A stretch of DNA of 64,000 nucleotides, from contig JAKPMO010000023.1 in assembly GCA_029548865.1 (NCBI GenBank), forward strand, positions 11,453 to 75,452, read 5' to 3'. Positions 29,283 through 40,118 of the stretch are shown one piece after another. The first letter of the stretch is position 1. Each line of letters opens with the position of its first letter. A program made the translations under genes and the position numbers. The notes under the pieces were generated by a model. That model made no database searches. It saw nothing but the letters and a program-made list of their open reading frames with translations, and was not told where the DNA came from. The stretch comes from Caldisericota bacterium (GTDB taxonomy: Bacteria > Caldisericota > Caldisericia > JAAYUI01).

Positions 29283-30395
29283 GTGCCAATTTACCTTGAC
29301 AATGCAGCCACCAGCTTTCCCAAGCCAAAGGGAGTACTGGATCAGGTAACCGATTACATGAAAAATGTTGGTGGTGTACCAACGACAGGCTATGCCTGCA
29401 AGCCACATGCCAACGCAATGGAAATTGTAAATGAATGCAGAATAGCACTTTCCAGACTCATTGCAGGATCAACCCCGGAACAGATATATCTTTGCAAATC
29501 GGCAAGTGAGGCCATTTCTGCAATTATGCGCGGTGTTGTGGAAGTTGGTGACAAGATTGCCATCAGTGATGGTGATCCGTGGCCTATTCAAGTCCCGGCA
29601 AGAGAACTGGAGCAGAAGGGTATAACTGTCGCCAGGCTTCCCTTTGATCATGAGCTTTTTGTTAATCCCAAACATCTCGCAAAGGTTGCCCAGAAAGTAA
29701 GGGCCGTTTTTGTTTCCCATGCTTCAAACATCACTGGCACCCTTGCACCGATGGGTGAGATATCAAAAGTATGCCAGGAAGCTGATACAATGCTTGTTCT
29801 TGATGCTTCCCACACAGTAGGCGTTTGTCCAATAAACCTGAAACATGTAAAAGCAGATGCAATAATTTTCTCAGGCCACAAGGGTCTTTATGGCCCGACA
29901 GGAACTGCGGGTGTTTATGTTTCCCCAAGGCTCTCGGAAAAATTGACAAAACTCTCGAAGACCAACCTTTCTGTCCATCAAATATTGGAAGTTGGAACAC
30001 CCAACATGGCTGGATTGTATGGGCTACTGGCAGGAGCGAGATTTGTTGATATGGAAGGTGTTGAGAAGATATGGTGTCACCATAAATTATTGAGAGAAAG
30101 TTTGGTGACTTCGCTTGAGACAGTTAAAAAAGTGAAGGTGGTTGCGCCTGAAACGTGGGATGGAATTGGTATATTGTCTTTTTCTGCAGGCGACCTTCCA
30201 ATCAACACCATGGCCAGGCTGTTAGAAGAAAGATACGGGCTGGTGGTTGGAAATGGTCTCTTTGCAAATGAAGGTGCTATGAGGACACTCAATCTTTACC
30301 CGCAGGGCACGCTCAGGGCATCGGTTGGCTATTTCAATACGGTATCCGATATGGAGTATCTTGCCACCTCACTTGCCAGAATAGTTGGAGGTTGA
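29283..30395 (+). CDS. Class V PLP aminotransferase, cysteine-desulfurase-like, catalytic Cys absent
   Basis: IYLDNAATSFPKP, HASNITG, DASH, SGHKGLYGP, E.GTPN, RASVGYFN. Confidence 0.88.
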   Translation: MPIYLDNAATSFPKPKGVLDQVTDYMKNVGGVPTTGYACKPHANAMEIVNECRIALSRLIAGSTPEQIYLCKSASEAISAIMRGVVEVGDKIAISDGDPWPIQVPARELEQKGITVARLPFDHELFVNPKHLAKVAQKVRAVFVSHASNITGTLAPMGEISKVCQEADTMLVLDASHTVGVCPINLKHVKADAIIFSGHKGLYGPTGTAGVYVSPRLSEKLTKLSKTNLSVHQILEVGTPNMAGLYGLLAGARFVDMEGVEKIWCHHKLLRESLVTSLETVKKVKVVAPETWDGIGILSFSAGDLPINTMARLLEERYGLVVGNGLFANEGAMRTLNLYPQGTLRASVGYFNTVSDMEYLATSLARIVGG

Positions 30396-30398
30396 TCC

Positions 30399-31565
30399 GT
30401 GAAATCCATAAAAATTATATCTATGGCCACATTATTAGTAACACTGGTTTTATTTTGTGGCTGCCAGAGCGCTACGTTAATTGATACTGAGACAATGCCA
30501 AGCTGGAAGTCACCAAGAGGTGGCTTCTACAATAACTCCGGTACGATGCTTGCCCCAAAGCAACCACTCAAGGTTGTTTGGGAAACGGAAATCCCCAACC
30601 AGACACATTGCAATCCGGTAGCCGCAGGTGGAATGGTTGTTCTCTCAGATGACAAGGGTGTTGTCTACTGCATCGATGGTGAAAATGGAAACCATGTCTG
30701 GGAAAAACAATTTTATGTTGGCCAGATAAATCCTGTAATTTCCAAAGGAAGGGTTTTGTTTGGTGACCAAAGTGGTTTTTTCTACTCATTAAACCTTGCA
30801 GATGGTAGACAGGTCTGGTCAAAAACACTTTCTTCACCAGTTGTTGGCTGGCCAACCATTGATGGTGATAGGGTTTGGGTTGTAACCAGAGATGATCTGT
30901 ATTGCCTTGAAGAGGCCCAGGGAACCGAAATCTTCAAAAAAAGCTATGGAGTTCAGCTGACGCAAACCCCTTCGCTCCAGAGATATATCAACCTTGTTGC
31001 ATCTGACACAATCATTGCGGTTGTTCCCGAGGATGGTAAGGAAGTATGGCGTAAGAAGCTGGAATATCCAATAATTGGTCCTGCTGTGTGTGTGAGAGAC
31101 GAATTGTTAGTGACCAGCGGAAAACTTCTTAAAATAAATGCCCTCAATGGTGAAATTGTAGAATCTTATGAATTTGATACAGGTTCGAAAGACAAAAAAT
31201 ATAAGGTGGACATAGTCTCCCCTCCATCTGTATATGTAAGCATGGTGGCAATTGGACTGAGCAACAACATGGTTGTTGTTGTTAGGCAGATAGATCTTAA
31301 ACCAGTCTGGGGCTTTGGCACGAACAAGCCAGTGACATCAAGTGCAATAATTACTAAGGAGTCAGCTTTTCTCGCGGCAGATGATGGCAAGTTGTATGTC
31401 ATTGATGTGAAGAATGGCAACTGGCAGTGGCACAATAACTTCAAATCACCAGTTGTTGGTGCGGCGATATTAGACACTTACCTGTTTGCTTTGTCAGAAA
31501 GTGGCATTTTGCGTCGCATGGATCAGGGTGGCGAGCCACTCACCCAGGAAGAGATGAACAAGTAA
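30399..31565 (+). CDS. PQQ-like (BamB-type) beta-propeller lipoprotein
   Basis: Lipobox FCGC; repeated A..G...W blade motifs. Confidence 0.85.
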   Translation: MKSIKIISMATLLVTLVLFCGCQSATLIDTETMPSWKSPRGGFYNNSGTMLAPKQPLKVVWETEIPNQTHCNPVAAGGMVVLSDDKGVVYCIDGENGNHVWEKQFYVGQINPVISKGRVLFGDQSGFFYSLNLADGRQVWSKTLSSPVVGWPTIDGDRVWVVTRDDLYCLEEAQGTEIFKKSYGVQLTQTPSLQRYINLVASDTIIAVVPEDGKEVWRKKLEYPIIGPAVCVRDELLVTSGKLLKINALNGEIVESYEFDTGSKDKKYKVDIVSPPSVYVSMVAIGLSNNMVVVVRQIDLKPVWGFGTNKPVTSSAIITKESAFLAADDGKLYVIDVKNGNWQWHNNFKSPVVGAAILDTYLFALSESGILRRMDQGGEPLTQEEMNK

Positions 31566-31568
31566 GAA

Positions 31569-32834
31569 TCAAAGCTTCCTGACAAAAGGCACTTTCAGGA
31601 ACCATATAACCCCGAAAACTAATGCTATGGCCTCGCCTGTTATTGAGGCAATCGGTGTTCCAACTATTTCAGCAAATGATGTTGTAAGCAATGAGCCCAC
31701 CGGGAAGAACCCTTGGAAAACAAGCGTATAAATGCTCATTACCCTTCCCCTCTTGGAGTCTTCTGAGTTTAGTTGGATGAGGGTGTTGATAGTTGCATTC
31801 TGTATCATAAAGCCCATGCCAACAAATATCAGAAGAAAAGCTGAAATGGGAAGGTATTTTGACAACGAAAACAGGAGTGCGGCCAGCGGGAAACCAATAT
31901 TGCCAAGCGTAAGCATAAAACCTTTGTTTGTGCTTGTGGATTTTACGGATGCCATCAATAGCGCACCCATCAATGCCCCAATGCCCACAAAGCTTTGTAG
32001 AAGCCCAAACCCCACTTCGCCAGCGTTAAGAACATCTTTTGCGAAAGAAGGCATCAGAGCTGAGTAGGAGAAAGCAAACAGGTTGGACACTGCTATGACC
32101 AGGATAAGCATGCTTATAGTCTTGTTTGATTTTACATAGACAAGCCCTTCAACTATCTGTTTAAATGGATGTGCCCTTGTTGGTTCGGCGATGCGATCTT
32201 CAAGCTTCATGGACATGAGTGCAAAAATGACAGCGATGAAGCTAAAACCATTCAACGCAAAGCACCACCCAGCACCTAGCCAGGCCAGAGCCAAACCAGC
32301 CAATGATGGGCCAACAATCCTTGCGGTATTGAATATCGTTGAGTTGAGGGTGATAGCGTTCATAAGGTCTTCTCTGTCGACCATTTCTATTACAAATGAC
32401 TGTCTTGCTGGCATGTCTATGGCGTTGACACATCCAAGAAGAAAAGACAAGACAATAATGTGCCACGGCTGGATTGTTTTGAAAAACACGTCAAACGCCA
32501 GGGTGAACGCCAGAATCATTGATGCAACCTGGGTGTATATGATTACCTTGCGTTTAGGGAGCCTGTCCAGGAGAACACCTGCCCAAAGAGACACCAGAAA
32601 TATTGGAATGGATGAAGCAAAACTTACGTATCCAAGATACACCTTTGAATTTGTAATGTCATATATGAGCCAGCTTTGGGCAACGTTTTGCATCCATGTT
32701 CCGATAAGTGATACAAGTTGTCCAAAGAAAAAAAGCCTGTAGTTTCTGTGTCTAAGTGCTACAAATGTTTCACCGAGATTGATTTTAGGGAGTTTTGCCC
32801 CACTTTTTGCTGGATGGCTCGGGATGTTTTCCAC
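31569..32834 (-). CDS. MFS transporter (H+ antiporter-like)
   Basis: ALRHRNYRLFF.GQ.VS.IGTWMQ, PARQS, RGRVMS; start uncertain (GTG 32834). Confidence 0.9.
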   Translation of the reverse strand: MENIPSHPAKSGAKLPKINLGETFVALRHRNYRLFFFGQLVSLIGTWMQNVAQSWLIYDITNSKVYLGYVSFASSIPIFLVSLWAGVLLDRLPKRKVIIYTQVASMILAFTLAFDVFFKTIQPWHIIVLSFLLGCVNAIDMPARQSFVIEMVDREDLMNAITLNSTIFNTARIVGPSLAGLALAWLGAGWCFALNGFSFIAVIFALMSMKLEDRIAEPTRAHPFKQIVEGLVYVKSNKTISMLILVIAVSNLFAFSYSALMPSFAKDVLNAGEVGFGLLQSFVGIGALMGALLMASVKSTSTNKGFMLTLGNIGFPLAALLFSLSKYLPISAFLLIFVGMGFMIQNATINTLIQLNSEDSKRGRVMSIYTLVFQGFFPVGSLLTTSFAEIVGTPIASITGEAIALVFGVIWFLKVPFVRKL

Positions 32835-33025
32835 AATAAGAATGAATATCCCCAACCTTGGGGCACGTCAAGAAATCGGGCCAATCGTGCATATTAAACA
32901 AGCGGGATTGGCCCATTAGCTAAAATGTTGTTTTTATATTTGGAAAAAATTCACAATTGCTGGATTATGATTTTGTTGGGCCATTGTGGTTTGAAAGTTA
33001 CATTGTAAAATATCGCAAGGAGGTC

Positions 33026-35326
33026 ATGATGGTGCAACAGGTTCTTGTTGTCGGTATTTCAATTGTCTTCCTCGCATTGCTATGGATATTTTTTGCTCCC
33101 AAAAAAATTCGTTCCAGTGACCGGGAAAAAGGGGGAGAGGTACACACCAAACTCATAATAACAGGGATGCATTGCACTGGTTGCGCCCTGAATATCGAAA
33201 ACACCCTCAAGGACCTTGAGGGTACAAAAAACATCGGGGTCAATTTTTCAACCGGGCTTGCTGATGTTGCCTATGACCCATCGAAGGTTGCAATTGGCGA
33301 CATAGTCAAATCAGTCTCTGGTATTGGATATGGTGCAAGGTTGGCCACCGATCAGGCCTCCGCCCTCAAGCAGGCAAGGCTGGCAAAAGAATCTGATGTA
33401 AGAAAGATCAGAAATAACCTTCTCATCGGGCTTCCGTTCGCCATCTATGTCACAGTTGGAACCATGCTCATGATGTTCTACCATTTCCCAATGTGGTTTG
33501 TCTGGACACTTGTTGCTGCCGCTGTCCCTGTAATGTTCTGGACCGGCTGGCATTTCTTCATTTCTGCCTGGAAGATTGCCCTCCACAGGCAGACAGACAT
33601 GAACACCCTTGTTGCACTTGGAGTGCTTGCCTCTTTTATTTATTCGATAGTTGCCATTATCTATCCTGGAATTGGTGAGCACCAGCTATATCTGGATGGC
33701 TCTGTTGTTATCGTAATGCTTGTTTTGCTTGGAAACTACCTCAGAGGCAGGGCCGAGTTGTCGGCCATGAAGGAGATATTTGATGTTGCATCTCTCCTGC
33801 CTGAAAAAGCCCACAGGATCAAAGATGGTGTTGTGGAGGATGTTCCAATATCTGAGCTTGCGGCAGGCGACATTGTACAAATAAAAGCCACTGAAAGGGC
33901 ACCTGCCGATTGCACCATTGTGAAAGGTTCCTCCGAATTCAACAATGCCCACATAACTGGTGAGAGCATGCCTGTGCCGGTTAGTGTTGGTGACAGTGTC
34001 TATGCTGGAGCAATCAACGGATTCGGGCTCGTGGAAGCAAAGTGCGATAAGGTTGGCGAGAGCACTGTTCTTTCAAGGGTCATCGAGCTGATCGGTGCCG
34101 CCATACAAACAAAGCCGAAAATACAGGGGCTTGTTGACAGGATTGCCTCAATTTTTGTGCCTACCTCTATAACGATTTCAATCACGGCTTTTGTGGTGTG
34201 GTTTCTCCTTGGTTTCACAAACATTGGCATCAATTCGGCAATTTCTGTGCTTGTCATTTCCTGCCCCTGTGCGCTTGGGCTTGCCACTCCCACATCAATT
34301 TCCATAGCTTTGGGTATTTCGGCAAAATCCGGGATGCTCATCAAGAATGCCAGGTCGCTGGAGGCGCTTGAAGAGGTCAAGGCATTTGTTTTTGACAAAA
34401 CAGGCACCCTGACAGCCGGTAGACCTGAAGTGACGTCCATACACCCGGAATTGGTCTCAGAGGATGAACTGATAAAATTAACAGCGATGGCCGAGTCTGG
34501 TTCCGAACATACACTTGCTCAGGCCATAAAAAATCTTGCCATTTCAAGGAACATCCCCATAGAAACCCCGCAAAACTTTGAGGCTGTGCCTGGACTTGGC
34601 GTAAAGGCAACCTTTGCCGGCGGTGAGCTGGTTGTTGGCGGGCCAAGGATGGTGGAAAAACTTGGGCTGAAAATTCCACTTGTATTATTGGGTACATTTA
34701 GGCCTGAAGAAGCCGCATTTTATGTGTCGCTGGATAACAAGATAATTGGTGGTTTTGGACTTTCTGATCCCTTGAGACCGGAGGCCTTCCAGGCCATGAA
34801 AGAGCTGATCGAACTGGGCATTGAGCCTGTTCTGGTTTCTGGAGACCGTAAAGAAGTTTGTGAGTCTGTGGCGTCCCAGTTAGGTATAAAGAGGGTTTAT
34901 TCGCAAACTCTCCCAGAGGAAAAGGTACAGATCGTTGAAGCGCTAAGGGCCGATGGCTTTGTGGCAATGATGGGTGATGGTGTCAATGATGCTGCTGCGC
35001 TGGCGATGGCCGATGCTTCCTTTGCACCAAGACAGGGCACCGGTATGGCGCTGGACACCGCTGATGTAACCATAATGAACGAGAATTTACTGCTTGTTCC
35101 CCAGACTGTGAGACTGGCCAGGGCGACGAAGAAAAACATCCAGTGGAACCTCTTCTGGGCCTTTATCTACAACACACTTGCCATTCCTGTTGCAGCAGGC
35201 GTTCTCTATCCAGTCGGGATACAACTAAATCCCATGATTGCCTCGGCGGCCATGGCCGCTTCATCAATAACTGTTGTCATGAATGCGCTAAGACTAAAAC
35301 TGTTCAAAATTACAATTGTAAAATAA
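33026..35326 (+). CDS. copA: Cu+-translocating P1B-type ATPase
   Basis: HMA GMHCTGC, TGES, CPCALGLATP, DKTGT, GDGVND, YN and MAASS motifs; SD AAGGAGG. Confidence 0.93.
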   Translation: MMVQQVLVVGISIVFLALLWIFFAPKKIRSSDREKGGEVHTKLIITGMHCTGCALNIENTLKDLEGTKNIGVNFSTGLADVAYDPSKVAIGDIVKSVSGIGYGARLATDQASALKQARLAKESDVRKIRNNLLIGLPFAIYVTVGTMLMMFYHFPMWFVWTLVAAAVPVMFWTGWHFFISAWKIALHRQTDMNTLVALGVLASFIYSIVAIIYPGIGEHQLYLDGSVVIVMLVLLGNYLRGRAELSAMKEIFDVASLLPEKAHRIKDGVVEDVPISELAAGDIVQIKATERAPADCTIVKGSSEFNNAHITGESMPVPVSVGDSVYAGAINGFGLVEAKCDKVGESTVLSRVIELIGAAIQTKPKIQGLVDRIASIFVPTSITISITAFVVWFLLGFTNIGINSAISVLVISCPCALGLATPTSISIALGISAKSGMLIKNARSLEALEEVKAFVFDKTGTLTAGRPEVTSIHPELVSEDELIKLTAMAESGSEHTLAQAIKNLAISRNIPIETPQNFEAVPGLGVKATFAGGELVVGGPRMVEKLGLKIPLVLLGTFRPEEAAFYVSLDNKIIGGFGLSDPLRPEAFQAMKELIELGIEPVLVSGDRKEVCESVASQLGIKRVYSQTLPEEKVQIVEALRADGFVAMMGDGVNDAAALAMADASFAPRQGTGMALDTADVTIMNENLLLVPQTVRLARATKKNIQWNLFWAFIYNTLAIPVAAGVLYPVGIQLNPMIASAAMAASSITVVMNALRLKLFKITIVK

Positions 35327-35356
35327 AAAAAGCCCCGCTTTCTTGGGGCTTTTTTG
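35326..35356. terminator. Bidirectional terminator
   Basis: AAAAAAGCCCC...GGGGCTTTTTT. Confidence 0.85.
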
Positions 35357-35375
35357 ACTTCCATGAAAATCTTGA

Positions 35376-36044
35376 TCAGAACTCAGGTTTTTTGTCTACA
35401 GGTTCTGCTATTATCTCGAATTCACCGGACATTGTCGGAGCGGTCTTGTATGCCTCGTGCCCTTTTGCAGCCATCGGACCACCCTCTGCAGCTATCGCCC
35501 TGCCCCTTTTGTATGCAATGTTAAGTGGCTCCCTTGTTTCCGAGCCAAGAACCAGCTTCCCGGTGAATTTTATTGCATCGAGCACTTTTTCTATTTTTTC
35601 AAATTCGATGTTGTCGAGCGTTCCCTCAATGAGGACCCTGTCCAGCAGTTTGAACCTGGCTTCGTAGATGTTGTCCATTATCCTTCCAACATGGGTCAGG
35701 AACTCTTTGGGCTGGATCGGTTTCATGATGTAGTCCTGGATTCCAGCCGAGAGACCTTCGATCATCAGCATAAGGTCGTCCTTCCCTGTCAGAAGAAGAA
35801 ATGGGATGTGCGAGGTACGCTGGTCTTCGACGAGTGCCCTCCTGAATTCAAAACCGTCCATCTCTGGCATGAGTATGTCGCAAATGATGAGGTCGGGGTT
35901 GCCGTTGATAAGGTCCATGAGTGCGTCCCGTGCCCTGAGGAATTGCCTTACTTCGTATCCTGCGCCCTCAAGCATCGCCGTGACAACTTCAAGCACTGGC
36001 TTTGAGTCGTCGATGACCATAATCTGGCCTTTGCCCAGCAGCAT
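35376..36044 (-). CDS. Response regulator (receiver plus DUF4388-like C-terminal domain)
   Basis: IDD, DILMPEMDG, LT, KP; C-terminal EGTLD.......L......FTGKL. Confidence 0.85.
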   Translation of the reverse strand: MLLGKGQIMVIDDSKPVLEVVTAMLEGAGYEVRQFLRARDALMDLINGNPDLIICDILMPEMDGFEFRRALVEDQRTSHIPFLLLTGKDDLMLMIEGLSAGIQDYIMKPIQPKEFLTHVGRIMDNIYEARFKLLDRVLIEGTLDNIEFEKIEKVLDAIKFTGKLVLGSETREPLNIAYKRGRAIAAEGGPMAAKGHEAYKTAPTMSGEFEIIAEPVDKKPEF

Positions 36045-36065
36045 TTTTGCCTCCTTATTGTGTGT

Positions 36066-39000
36066 TTACCACCAGAGATGCCATGGTTTCCTGTAGTTGA
36101 TTGTAATCTTTTTTGTTTTTGCTTCGTAGGCCACTTTTGCACCCAGGAGCTCGGATGCCGCTCTGAGTGGGATAACCACTCTTCCGGACACATTTTGTGG
36201 CGGAGGATTTATCGTCACTTGCGCGCCAAAATTATAGCCTGTTTTGGAACCCACAGTCATTTGCAGGAAGGCATTTGGTGTCCAGAATGAGGCCTCCCTC
36301 TTTGAGTTGTCCCAGCCAACATCGGCTCCAAATGCCTCTCCCAGGAAGCGGAACGGCACATAGGTGCTGTTTGAAAGGATTTGTGGCGGAACGGCCAGTT
36401 TCGTTTTCTTTCCGTTTATGTAGGCATCGGTTTTTCCAATCCAGAGCTCGAGCTTGACATCCAGTGGGCCAGTCGTGCATGATGCCGAAACCTTCTGCCC
36501 CCCTTGTGGGACAATCTCGAATTTGTATGTTACGCCAGTTGCAAGACCTGTTACCTGCAATGATGCGGTATCGGGGCCAAGCTCGGTGAGCTTCTTGCCA
36601 TCCAGGGTGACTGAAAGCCCCTTAAAGGGATCACGTTGGACATTTGGAAGTTTCCAGACCAGCCTTGCTGATTTCGTTCCTGGTATCGCATGGAAATCAT
36701 AAACTGATGGAGACTCTGGTCCGTCATCGGCAAAACAGAACAGTTTGCAGGTCGCAGTTTCGCCTGATGGCGAGGTGATTGTTAGCAATTCTTCACCACG
36801 TGCAAATGCGTAGACCAGAACCTCATTGTCATCAATATTTTTGACGATTGCCGATTTGCCTGGTGTCAGTGTTGCTTTTACGGTTTCATCGGTGCTGGCA
36901 AGGATTGTCCCTGTTGTACCAACCTTTATGGGGAGCGCCGCAGGATTGACAATCAGCGGCAGTTTTGGCAGCTGGAAGTTCTTTGAGACGACCCAAACCT
37001 GCACTTCTTGATCGCCATTGTCCATTACTCTTATGGTTGTTGCCTCAGGCCCTGTCAGGGTGAATGTGGCTTTGTTGAAATTCTGGGAAACCATCTTGCA
37101 GACCTTCTCGTCCATCGAGACGAATTTGTAGGGTGCAGTTCCATCGTTGGCTGTTATCTCGAAAGTTTCGCCAACATTTAGCTCTACAAAAGTGGGATCA
37201 ACGGAAAGAAGGACTGCAGCACCTGTTGGCGACGGGAAGCTGACTTCTGGCCTCTTGTATGGTGGCAGTTCTCCACCCTTTCCGCCTGCTCCGCCTGTTG
37301 GGTTTGGCTCCTGGGCAAACGGGTTATAATTGACTGGACCAAACACTTTGAGTCCATTCCCGTTCGGGTTGCCTGTTTCATCCTTCGGCCCCGATGCATC
37401 ACCAAAGTAGCAGTTTCCAAGAACGGCTTCTGTTCCCTGCATGTTGTTGTAGACTGCATAGTCGCAGTCCTGGAATGTGACACCCTGGATCTCCGGGTTG
37501 CATTTGCCGGTGAGGTAGATGCCATGGCCCCTGTCGGTGGTTTTGCAATTCCTGATGATGCAGTCTTTTATGTAGGGTGAAGAATTTATCATGTAGAGGC
37601 CGGCACTGTTACTGTTTTCTATGGTGCAGTTGATGAATTTTACCCTTCCGTCAACACCGGCGAATGCACCAAATTTGACCGAGCCCATGCGCCTGGTTTT
37701 TCCTCCGCTGTACCTGATGACAGTGTGCTCGAAGGTGCATGCCGTTACTGACCCTTCAAACTCGATCTCGTCAAAATCGCCAGGCATTGGTTTTGTCAGT
37801 TGCCCGTTGTTGTTTGTGTCACCAGCAATGGTGTCGTCGGAGAATGATGTTATGTAGACAGGATTGTTTTGCGTTCCCTTGCAGGACATCGAACCGTTCA
37901 CATAGAAGGCGCCCTTAACGACCTTGATGACGTTTCCGGCCGCAACAGTGAGGTTGGCCCCCTTGTCTATCGTGAAGTCGTCCTCGATGATGTACGGGAA
38001 TTCAGAATCCCAGACCTTGTCTTCCCTTAGCCTACCCTTGTAGATGTGGATCCCGGCAAAACTCTCTTCCAGCTCGACACCAATGTTTTTTGCCGTGTTG
38101 CCTTGCGTTTTCAGCTCGACTTCAGGGGTGATACTGAAGAGGTGTCTGCAGCGCTGAATGAGTGAGTCAACGAGTCTTATCTTTGCGCCTGCCTCTGCAA
38201 TAATTGCGAAACCATTTTGCTTGTTCATGCAGTCGAGGAGGGAGCACCTTATAAGGTCGACCTGACCACCCCTTACTTTCACTGCTTGACCAAGCGATTT
38301 CTCGATTATGGTGTCTTCAATTATCTGCTCGTTTTTTGTGTTGGTTGCCTGTCCGAGGTATATGTTTCCGTTGCCGCCCGAACCGCCATACCTTACGACG
38401 CAATTTTTCATTACAGATCTGCCAAAAGACTCGGTCAATTGTATGCCCTGGTTGTCGCCGGGGAGTGGATCCTTGGCGCCACTATCACCGTTGCTGTCGC
38501 CACCCACGCTGTCATCGTTTAATGAGGTGAAATATATTGGCTTGTCCTTTGTGCCGATTGCTATTAGCTTGCCGTCAACTCTTATCATTTCGCCGTACTT
38601 GATGATGACGCCGGGGAGGAGGTGGAGTGTCACACCTGGTTTGATGCCGACCGTTTTTGGGATGTAGTGGACAAGATCGGCGCTCCATACCGCATCTTCC
38701 TCAAGAAGCGGGCTCTCAAAATAGATGTTGTTGTATTTGTTGCCGGAGATGGTGAGTTTTTGCGATTTTGGGTATGAGTACCCGTCGCAATATATTGCCC
38801 ATTCGGAATCTGTGAGCTCACAGTTGTAGAGGATTGGCTTGCTCCTGCTCTGAAGCCAGACGCATGCCCCCAGCTTATCGTTCTTGTTGTCGGTTATCTT
38901 GCAGTTGTAGATGCTCGGGCTTGATGCCTGCATGTAAAGACCGGCAGTTTCCGAGTGTTCAACGGTGCAATTATACAGTTTGACCCTGTTGTCAACGCCG

Positions 39001-40118
39001 CCTGCGGCACCAAACTTCAGGATGGCATAACCGCCACCTTTTTCAGCCTGGCCACCACCCCATGAAAATTTTGTGTGTGTTATCGTGCATGCTCCGGCTT
39101 CGCCAGTGAACTCGATTCCACCCCAGTCACCCGGCTGTGGCGCAGTTTTGTCCTGGTCATTGTTTGTGTCACCGCCAACACTGTCATCGGTAAGAGATGT
39201 GAAAATGACTGGTTTTTCTGCGGTTCCCCTGATTTCCAGACGACCAGAGACCCCGAGTTGGCCGGTACTTTTTACAATGACGCCTGGCTGGATTCTCAGA
39301 AATCCTTTGCTGCCGATTACAAACTTGTCAAAAACATAGGGCATAGAGGCGTCCCAGACTACTTCCTTGTCCAGGGAACCTGTGATAACCTTTATCCCGT
39401 TTGTACCGCAGTTTTTTATGATGTTTCCAAGGAGTTTTGGTGAGCAAGAAAGGTCGATCTGGATGCCAATGGTGCACCTTTCAACTGTGCAACCGGAGAT
39501 TGATGGGTTTGAATCTTCCTGTATCCAGATGCCTGCGCCTGTCTTTGGGTCCTGGCAGTCGGTTATGACGCACTCCCTCAGCACCGATGTGGAATTTGCA
39601 AACCATGCGCCCATTGAAGCCGATTTGGATATTGTGCAGTGGGAGACTCTTATTCTGTCGTCGGAGCCTTTTCCGGATGAAAATTTGAGTGTCCCAAAAC
39701 CACCCTTGCCACCATAGAGGAATTGCACCTGATAAAGCTCGCAGATGCCGCAGTTGTCCGGGAATTCAACATTACCCCAGTCACCTGGCGAAGGTTTTGA
39801 CACGTCGCCATCTTTGTTTGAATCCTCTTTGACATCATCCTTGAGCGATGTGAATATGATTGGCTCATTTTGAGTCCCGATGGCTTTTATCTTGCCTTTT
39901 ACGCCAATATTGCCACCCAGTTTGACCACTGTCCCTGGCATTAATGTCAGGGTGGCATCAGGGGCTATATAAAAACCTTCTGGCATAATGACTGTTCCTG
40001 ACCAGATGGTATTTTTCAGAACAGTAAAGGGGACCGCCCCGGCTTGTGGAAGACCATAAACGGCGGGTATCGTAAGGGTAAACACCAATGTAAGAAAAAG
40101 AGCAAAAAACTTCCTCAT
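36066..40118 (-). CDS. Large secreted beta-helix repeat protein with FN3-like and C-terminal stalk domain
   Basis: Signal peptide; four ~200-aa repeats; TYVPFRFLGEAFGA.V.W. Confidence 0.88.
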   Translation of the reverse strand: MRKFFALFLTLVFTLTIPAVYGLPQAGAVPFTVLKNTIWSGTVIMPEGFYIAPDATLTLMPGTVVKLGGNIGVKGKIKAIGTQNEPIIFTSLKDDVKEDSNKDGDVSKPSPGDWGNVEFPDNCGICELYQVQFLYGGKGGFGTLKFSSGKGSDDRIRVSHCTISKSASMGAWFANSTSVLRECVITDCQDPKTGAGIWIQEDSNPSISGCTVERCTIGIQIDLSCSPKLLGNIIKNCGTNGIKVITGSLDKEVVWDASMPYVFDKFVIGSKGFLRIQPGVIVKSTGQLGVSGRLEIRGTAEKPVIFTSLTDDSVGGDTNNDQDKTAPQPGDWGGIEFTGEAGACTITHTKFSWGGGQAEKGGGYAILKFGAAGGVDNRVKLYNCTVEHSETAGLYMQASSPSIYNCKITDNKNDKLGACVWLQSRSKPILYNCELTDSEWAIYCDGYSYPKSQKLTISGNKYNNIYFESPLLEEDAVWSADLVHYIPKTVGIKPGVTLHLLPGVIIKYGEMIRVDGKLIAIGTKDKPIYFTSLNDDSVGGDSNGDSGAKDPLPGDNQGIQLTESFGRSVMKNCVVRYGGSGGNGNIYLGQATNTKNEQIIEDTIIEKSLGQAVKVRGGQVDLIRCSLLDCMNKQNGFAIIAEAGAKIRLVDSLIQRCRHLFSITPEVELKTQGNTAKNIGVELEESFAGIHIYKGRLREDKVWDSEFPYIIEDDFTIDKGANLTVAAGNVIKVVKGAFYVNGSMSCKGTQNNPVYITSFSDDTIAGDTNNNGQLTKPMPGDFDEIEFEGSVTACTFEHTVIRYSGGKTRRMGSVKFGAFAGVDGRVKFINCTIENSNSAGLYMINSSPYIKDCIIRNCKTTDRGHGIYLTGKCNPEIQGVTFQDCDYAVYNNMQGTEAVLGNCYFGDASGPKDETGNPNGNGLKVFGPVNYNPFAQEPNPTGGAGGKGGELPPYKRPEVSFPSPTGAAVLLSVDPTFVELNVGETFEITANDGTAPYKFVSMDEKVCKMVSQNFNKATFTLTGPEATTIRVMDNGDQEVQVWVVSKNFQLPKLPLIVNPAALPIKVGTTGTILASTDETVKATLTPGKSAIVKNIDDNEVLVYAFARGEELLTITSPSGETATCKLFCFADDGPESPSVYDFHAIPGTKSARLVWKLPNVQRDPFKGLSVTLDGKKLTELGPDTASLQVTGLATGVTYKFEIVPQGGQKVSASCTTGPLDVKLELWIGKTDAYINGKKTKLAVPPQILSNSTYVPFRFLGEAFGADVGWDNSKREASFWTPNAFLQMTVGSKTGYNFGAQVTINPPPQNVSGRVVIPLRAASELLGAKVAYEAKTKKITINYRKPWHLWW
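37350..39990 (-). repeat. Four intragenic ~200-aa repeats (approximate bounds)
   Basis: GT...P..FTS..DD...GD(S/T)N.D.....P.PGD recurs four times. Confidence 0.75.
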
